Source: the human T2T-CHM13v2.0 reference genome, Homo sapiens
Direction: 5' to 3' (one strand)
DNA: 64,000 bases
Assembly: GCF_009914755.1 (NCBI RefSeq)
Contig: NC_060929.1
In this document: positions 56,280 through 64,000 of the stretch, in pieces
Layout: each line of letters begins with the position of its first letter
How positions within the stretch are numbered: the first letter of the stretch is position 1
The notes under the pieces: model-generated
What the model was told of the DNA's origin: nothing
Databases searched by the model: none
What the model saw: only the letters and a program-made list of their open reading frames with translations
Program-made: the position numbers and the translations under genes

Positions 56280-57790
56280 TCCATACTTACTGTGTGCACT
56301 CCCATCTGCACTTCTCATTCTTTGCCATCCACTCGGACTGAGCATTTTTATCTTCTCACTTCCAACCCCATTGTACATAAATGGTCCCTCCAAAGGTTAT
56401 TAATTACTTCCATCTTGCCAAATCCAATGTGATTTTCCTGTTCTATCTTGAAGTCTCATTAGATATCTACACCCAATTATTGTCCATTTTAAAAACATTT
56501 CATCTCTGGTTCTGTGACATCCTCCCTGGTTTTTCCCCTACTAACAAACTAGATCTGAAATCTTGGAGCATGCATGGCTCTCTCTGTAGCCCTCTTTTCG
56601 TCTTTGCTTACATTTTCTCCTTAAGAGGATTCTCATATCATCTCACGGCTTCAGAACACACTTGTACATTAGTAATTCTCCCATATCTCCTGGATAGACC
56701 TCTTTTCTTTTGACCATACTCACACATCTAGCTGCCTACCCAATATCTCCACCAAGATATCTAATAGTACCCTCAAAGGTAAAGGGACTGAAAAAGAATT
56801 CTTGCTTTCCACTCTCATCTCCAACACAGAAAAAAATCTTCTATGCAACCTTTATATCATCAGTGATGGGGTTGCAATCTACCAGCTACTCAGGCTAATC
56901 ATATAAAAGCCACTCATGTTTCCTCTTTTGCTGTAGCAAAAGAGGGTTCAGGATAGATTCTAATGGATCTCACATAAATCCATCAGAATCTATCCTGACC
57001 CCTTCTGCAGAATTTATCCTGGATCCCACCACTTTTTCCTATCTCTATTGCTACCTCTCTTGTTGAAGTGACCAGCTCCCTCCCTTGGGTCACTTCCATG
57101 GGCTCTGAATCATTCCCCTGCCTCCATTCTTGCTGTACACTCCCTGCAGTCCATCCTCTACACAGGAGACAGAGTTTTTTTTCAAAAATGTAAATTAGAT
57201 CATGTCACTCCCCAGCGATAAAATTTTTGAATGTTCCCTGTTATTTTTCAATAAAATCTAAATTCTTCCTCTGGACTGCAAAAAGATTCGACCCCTGCTG
57301 ACTTTTTGGTCTCATGTTTCTTTATTCTCCTCATTATCCACTAGCTTTCAGTGAAATTGGCCTTCTCTTTGTCCCTCAAATACAAAAATAACTATTAGTA
57401 GATCTCTTCTCAGAGCCTTTGCATATGGTACTCCATCTTCTTGGAGCATTCATTCTCCAGATCTTCGCAGACTTGCCTTCTATTCACTCAGCTGTCAAGT
57501 CATGAGCCATCTCCCCAGAGGGGCAGCTCCAGGCCACCCCAGCTAAAGCAGCCTGTTCAGTTTCTACCTACCACTTCATTTTTATATAGCATATATCAGT
57601 ACCACATATTATAGTTTTTATTATTTATGAGTTATATTTCCTGTCTCCCCACTAGAATGTAATGCCCTTGAGTACAAGGCTTCTGCATGCCTTACTCATC
57701 ATCATATCCACAGTGCCTGGAAGAATGACTTACTGTAGGACATACAGGATAAATATTTCTTCCTTGATTGACTAAACATAACTGACTACT
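56280..57790 (+). mobile_element. L2 3' region
   Basis: tgccaaatccaatg...aaattagatcatgtcactcc...ccccactagaatgtaa...cagtgcctgg. Confidence 0.8.
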
Positions 57791-58094
57791 ATGACTAATT
57801 ATGTCCTGCATATATTTCCTAAGAGCAGGCAAAATGTGAAGCCAAAGGAATTTAATTTTGGGCATGACTGTAAGGTGTTGGTGTGTTGAATGGAGGAGGA
57901 AAGGAAGGGTAGAAGCTTTCCAGGCTGGGGCAATCAGACCCTGAGCACATTCCTTTCTTGCTCCTTGTCCTCCCTTTTCTGCTTGTAGGAATTCAGCCCT
58001 GGTGAGTTGATGACCTGGAGCTCGCATGCACTTCATAATCTCCTAGGAGACCTTTGGACTCTGTCTCCCTTTGGGCTTCCTTTCCTGTGGCTCT

Positions 58095-58270
58095 CAGGAT
58101 CAGCTTTATAATTTGTGGAGGCCAATAAAAATGCAAATGTGAGGAGTATTGTTCAAAATGTTTGAGAATTTCAAGATGATGGCAGCAGACCATAAAGCCA
58201 AGGGTGGATCCCTTCTAAGCTCAGGGCCCTAGATGACTGCATAGGTCACAGGCTCATGAAGTCAGTCTGT
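58095..58270 (-). mobile_element. MER45A-like hAT MITE
   Basis: gaatttcaagatg...cccttctaagctcagggccc...gactgcataggtcaca...catgaag. Confidence 0.7.
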
Positions 58271-59187
58271 TAGGCCCTTTTCCCAGCCTATAACCCCATT
58301 TTCTCTTCCATGCGCCTCCCACACACCCCATCCTCCCCTCAATCCTGTCTTCTCTCTCCTGATTCCTATCCCAAATGCAGCATTAATCCATTATGTGAAA
58401 GTCAAAACATTTAGTGGAGAGAATAATGGGCAGAGTGAGCTGGGAGCTTGAAAAATTGGGGAACGAAGGTGGAACACAAAGAAGTCTGGCAGGCAGGAAA
58501 CCAAAAATGCTGGCTCACAGCATGGCAGATAACAATCACTCCTGGCTTAAAAGTCTCTGAATTTTTATAGCGTCTTTACCATTCTTCCAATTAGTTTTGT
58601 TTATAAAAGGGAGTAGATACATAAAGAAAAGTGGTGCTTTGTAGTAGTTAATTAGCTTGACATTTATTGTGATCATAAATTTTATCTTTTTAAAAATACT
58701 GCCAAAGGAGGAAAACCCATCTTTTATTCCAAATGCAATGAGTCCACCTTCCTCAATCTGTACAATAACCAAGCTGTACAAATTTCCACGTTTCTTTGCC
58801 TGTTTCTTTCCACTGGGAGAGATTCATCCCAACGCTGAGTTCATACATGAGGAATGAAGCACAGTTCATTGCCAGCAGGTCTGGAATTTGGCTCTTTTCA
58901 GTGCATTCAGGACTTCAGCAAAGCTTAGATAAAGCTAAAGAAATGAAGCGAAGAAATGGGACAACCAGAGGAAACTGTGGACTTAGTGACCTTTTATGTC
59001 AGTGTTTTCGTTCCAATGGTTACCACATATAATTGGCCAAATGTAATTTTCTCCTCTTCCCTTCTGACATTTCTTCAAATGACACATGTCACCACTGAGA
59101 AGTAGTCAGGGTACTGGATATAATATTTTCAAGTTTTTCAAGCTTTGAGTATATCACATTTTCATTTTCATATGAGAAAACATGGGC

Positions 59188-59492
59188 TCCTTCCTTCCTG
59201 CCTGCCTGCTTTCCTGCCTTCCTGCCTTCCTGCCTGCATTCCTTCCGCCTCACTCCCTCCCACCTTCCCACCTTCCCACCTTTCCTTCCTTCCCTTCCTT
59301 CCCCTCATTCCCTCCATTCCCTCCTTCCCTCCCTTCCCTTCTCTCCTTCCCTCCCTCCCTCTCTCCCTTCGTCCCTTCCTCCCTTCCTTCTTTCCTTCCT
59401 TCCTTCTTCCTTCCTTCCTTCCTTCCTTCCTTCCTTCCTTCCTTCCTCCCTTCCCTCCTTCCTTCCTTCCCTCCTTCCTGCCTTTCCTTCTT
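59188..59492. repeat. (TTCC)n/(CCTG)n pyrimidine-rich low-complexity tract
   Basis: Direct observation. Confidence 0.93.
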
Positions 59493-60254
59493 ACTTACTT
59501 TATTTTCAGAACATCAAGGCCACCTCTCTCCTCTTCCCCTAACTTCAGGTGATTTTGTCTTTTGAAACATAGTCTAGCTCTGACCTATTTTGGTGACTTG
59601 GATTACCATGGAGATGTCTGATTTCTTAATTTAAAATATCTTCTGCCCAACTCAAACTACCTATTCACTTTAACTGTGAAAGCTGACACTGAGAAATATT
59701 TTTTTGAGAAGCCAAAAATCTAGAATGCAAATTACCTGAGATGACATCGAGATGCAGCAACCACATCCTGGTGCCATCTGTTCTTCAATAAACCTTAGTC
59801 CTGAAGTGGAGGAAACTATTTCATCCCATGTACAACAATTACCTGTGGCTCTTGTTCTTCCTGTGGCTGGGTAGATCCTGAACCAGACTTTCAAATCGTT
59901 GTTGGGTATGTGAACTCTTTCTCTAGCCTCTCATGTTGGTCAGGTCTATAGGAGCCTCAAAAACCATAAGTTGCAGTTCATTGTGAGAATAAGTACGGTG
60001 TTTTCTTGGTCATTTTAGACAATTTGCCACTAAACAGAAGGAAGTCTTAGTCATGAATCATAAAATAGCAGTAAACCATTCAAACTAAATAGAGCAGAAG
60101 GAGAAAATTTCTTGAAAAGTTAAAGAAGTATATCATTGAACCCATGAGTAGGAAGTGAGCCTTATGAGACATGTATTCAGGCAAACACAAGATCTCCTTT
60201 CTCTACATTCCTCTTTCCATTCCTCTTTCTCACTCATATACTTACTTACTCAAT

Positions 60255-60450
60255 AGCAGTATATAGAGTGGGTATGAATGAGTATGGTCTCTGGAATTAC
60301 ACTTCCTAGGTTTGAATCCTAACCACTCTATGCCTCAATTTTCTCTTCTGTAAGATGGTGCCTAATAATAATATCTACTTCATGGTGTTGCTGTGAAGAT
60401 TAAATGAGGTAATACATGTAAAATACATGTAAAGTGTTTTGTACAACATC
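60255..60450 (+). mobile_element. MIR
   Basis: ggtttgaatcct...gcctcaattttctcttctgtaagatgg...gaagattaaatgag. Confidence 0.75.
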
Positions 60451-60669
60451 TTACACCTATTTAGTTCCCTCAAAACTAAGCTTTCTCTGATTGCTTATCC
60501 ATGCCCATGACTCAAACATGGTGACCTCTGTTCTGACTTTTATAAGTGATTTCAGTTCTAGAGCTCTCCAATAATTGACTCTGATATACTGATATTCCCT
60601 AGTTCCATATTCTTGGTAGGTAGCCACTCCTGGTCTAGTCATCTGTGGTTAAAAGGGACAGTGTTGGGG

Positions 60670-60880
60670 CCATATTAGTAGGAGCTAATACTCATTGCAT
60701 GGCAGTACTGTTCTAAGCACAAAAACTTATTAATTCATAACAACCCCTAAATAGTTACTAGCTTTAATCTCATTTGTAAAATGAGCAAACATAAGATAAA
60801 GAAATTAAAATAATGGAGTTGATAACAGCAGAACCAGGATTTGAGCCAAGGACTCATGAACTTATTAGTCTATCATAGTG
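60670..60880 (-). mobile_element. MIR
   Basis: actgttctaagcac...agcagaaccaggatttgagcc. Confidence 0.6.
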
Positions 60881-61208
60881 TTATTCTTAGTTATGAAGCT
60901 GACTCTCAGAAAGGAGGCAAAGACCTGTTCCACAAAAAAACGATTGTAGACAGGGAGAAACGATTAGCCTTGCTTGCACAAGAGAAACTTCAGGTCATCC
61001 ATTTTTAAGAAGGCAGAGCCCTCTGTCTGTGTGAACTGATGCTAAACTCTAATATGACCTGAAATCCCAAGATACATAATTATTTGACTCTAAGTCTTAA
61101 GGGTCTTTGAATGAGATGCTGGAATCATACAGAAACACAGTATTACTGAATCACGTTCATGGAATTTGCATTTTGTTAACCTCTGAAATACAATTATCTA
61201 TAGGCATT

Positions 61209-61515
61209 TATTTTTGTTTTTTTTTTTTTTTTGAAGATGGAGTCTCACTCTGTCACCCAGGCTGGAGTGCAGTGGTGTGATCTGAGCTCACTGCAACTTC
61301 CTCCTCCTGAGTTCAAGTGATTCTCCTGCCCCAGCCTCCTGAGTAGCTGGGACTACAGGCATGTGCCACCACACCCGGCTAATTTTTGTGTCTTTAGTAG
61401 AGACAGGGTTTTGCCATGTTGGCCAGGTTGGTCTCAAACTCCTGACCTCAGGTGATCCTCCACCCTCAGCCTACCAAAGTGCTGAGATTACAGGTGTGAG
61501 ACACTGCACCTGGCC
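61209..61515 (-). mobile_element. AluS
   Basis: Dimeric Alu; TSD atct(a/g)taggcatt at 61196-61208 and 61516-61528. Confidence 0.96.
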
Positions 61516-62440
61516 ATCTGTAGGCATTAAAAAAAATTTCCTAAGTACATATGCATGCATTTATAGGAATATATTTATATGAATGGATATATATTATCTT
61601 ATGCATATATAATTTTTCAATATAAATGCTTTAAATCATGAGTTCTGTGGGTACGCATACTACTCTGAGAACTCTTAAGTCCGAATATCACTTAAGTCAA
61701 ACTTAATATTTCTTTGTTTTTGACTCAAATTTCAGTAAAGGTGAAAAATAAAATGAACTTCTAGTCATAGAGTTATGGTCTGAATTTCAGCTTTAGAATC
61801 ATCCACTGGCCCTGATAAAAATAGAAAGAGAGATCTTTGACTTTTTATAGAGTGACATATTTCTCTCTTCCTCTCTGGCTTTCTAGCCTTCTTTATTTTT
61901 CCTGTCTCCAAAAAAAGAAATCTCATTATAATTTCTTTTCCTAACACTTCTCACCCCCACTAGCATCAAACAAATCTACCACTTCTAAAATGCTTCTTTG
62001 TTGCAGACACAAATCTCCCAGTGTACTAAGAACCAAATACTAAAAAATTAGCGGCAGCTTTTCCAGTTCCCAGTGGATAACTCAAAGCTTTGCAAATACA
62101 GTCCAGCCACCTAAAACATCCCAAGGATTTAATGACTGAAAAGAATTCATTTTTGGTGAAGTGTTTTTAAATCCTTCAATTCTGTAAGTAAGATTTCTAT
62201 GCCCTAAGATGGTTCAGATTAATTTGTTTCAAAAATATTTTACTGCCACCCATGTCAATGGGTACATTTGATGTGGAAGGAGGACATAAGATAAGCAAAT
62301 CTTCAATGTGCCCTTGAGGATCTTAAAATTCGGAGGGGAAAGTAAGGTCTGTACAGAAACTTCAAGGGAGAAAACATTAAGGGTCAAACTAATTATTCTT
62401 ATCCTTTAATTGTCACAGTATACATTTGAAAACTAGAATC

Positions 62441-62589
62441 TTTTTTTTTTTGACAGGATCTTGCTCTGTTGCCCAGGCTGGAGGGCAGTGGTGTGATCAT
62501 CACTCACTGCAGCCTCCAACTCCTGGGCTCAAGTGATCCTCCTGTCTCAGCCTCCAGAATAGCTAAGACTATGGGCATATCACAACACT
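62441..62589 (-). mobile_element. Alu monomer (FRAM or AluJ right arm)
   Basis: Single arm with poly-T, flanked by ctagaat on both sides. Confidence 0.88.
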
Positions 62590-62622
62590 CTAGAATTTTT
62601 AATGGCTTAATGAAAATATTCA

Positions 62623-62906
<284 letters not shown>

Positions 62907-62936
<30 letters not shown>

Positions 62937-63052
62937 GAAAATATTCAAAACAACACTAAAATCATAAAAAAAAAGAAAAAGAAAATATTCAAAACAACAC
63001 TAAAATCATAAAAAAAGAAAAAGAAAAGAAAATATTCAAACCAACACTAAAA
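62907..63052 (+). repeat. Three-copy tandem repeat of Alu end + A tail + TSD + flank
   Basis: tcat(A)n..gaaaatattcaaa(a/c)caacactaaaa repeated three times. Confidence 0.9.
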
Positions 63053-63418
63053 TAAGTTATCAGTAATTAGAATAAAATTGTACAGAAAAAAAGTCTACTA
63101 GTGTATGAGAACATTTACAGGACTAACATTATTCTTTGGTCAATACTTCAGCTCTTATTTATTGATTAGAACTCTTGTCTTCCCTGACCCCATCATTTTC
63201 CATACTCAGGGGTAAGGTTCCTGTGCAGAGGACATCTTTCTTTCATGCCTTGACTGTGTTCTACCCTCTTATTTTTCACATCAGTTGTGTCAAATCCTGT
63301 CTCATGTCAAATGAGGCACTTGGTTCAACATTTTATCAATACTGTAATATCATTTATCCTCAACGGTAAGGAAATATATACATTTTGCATTGAGTGTTGC
63401 CTTTTTATTGACAATGGA

Positions 63419-63520
63419 TAGAGTGGCCAGCTGTCCCAGTTTTTCCAGAAATGAGGAGTTTCTTGGGATGTAAGACTTACAATGCTAAAATAGAAAAGTC
63501 CCTCACAATAGATAGGAAAC
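63419..63520. mobile_element. MER94-like hAT MITE
   Basis: gtggccagctgtcccagtttt...gggatgtaagactt...tgctaaaa...aaagtccc. Confidence 0.6.
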
Positions 63521-64000
63521 CCAATCCTCAAATTGATTCAATTAAGAAAAAATATCCTTAGCTGATATATCAGGGAAGTCTGGTAGCTTCAGGCATGACT
63601 AGATCCAGAGGCTGGAAGGGCATCATCACAGTCTCTTTGTACTCTTGGTTCTGTTGCCTCCCTCCTCACATCCTGTGCTAGCTTTAATTCCAAACCCTAC
63701 ATAGTGACATATCAGCTGCAGGCTTAAATCCTCCCAGATTCAAATGTAGAAAAAAGGAGACATCTTTTCTCTTGTACTCCCAACAGTTTGAAGAAGCATC
63801 TAGATTTTATTGGCCCAAGTTGGGTCATATGCCCAGTCCTGACCCAATCCACAAGGCTTATGTGCCCATTCCCTAAGCCAAAGAAAAAGAAAGGCTGCTT
63901 AGTTTAGGCCTAGGTGTCATGCTGACTTGTGTATCTAGATTGAAATTGGACCCACTGAAACCATGGGAACTCAGATGGAATATACAAGAGGTTCTCCAAA
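63520..64000. mobile_element. Old MaLR LTR (MLT1J/K-like)
   Basis: gcttcaggcatgactagatccag...ttgggtcatatgccc...gacccaatc. Confidence 0.6.

Noticed and set aside
59145-59565. 127-135 aa Pro/Ser/Phe/Leu-rich ORFs
   Set aside because: Low-complexity pyrimidine tract.

Overview
Non-coding, repeat-dense primate genomic DNA, most likely human: a 5'-truncated Alu at 45898-46053 carries the AluYb8/Yb9 diagnostic GCAGTCC duplication, and that lineage is human-specific. I can support no host protein-coding exon, RNA gene, CpG-island promoter or CRISPR array. The ORF track is explained by decayed L1 ORF1/ORF2, Alu sequence, microsatellites and chance. Contents: a near-full-length but RT-deleted L1MA-type element (about 3.0-9.3 kb, +), a three-level nested L1 stack (12.8-20.7 kb), about 16 Alus, MaLR solo LTRs, many L2/MIR relics, hAT/Tigger MITEs and simple repeats. 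I do not see a new gene system. The most unusual signals are mechanistic scars: (i) two short templated insertions copied from sequence about 1.6 kb downstream, (ii) a back-to-back double fold-back hairpin, (iii) an ancient L1PB 3' transduction with its own poly(A) signal and TSD, (iv) a very young truncated AluYb8, (v) a fused head-to-head Alu junction, and (vi) a triplicated Alu tail+TSD unit. Subfamily names come from recalled consensus features, and boundaries of old repeats are approximate.
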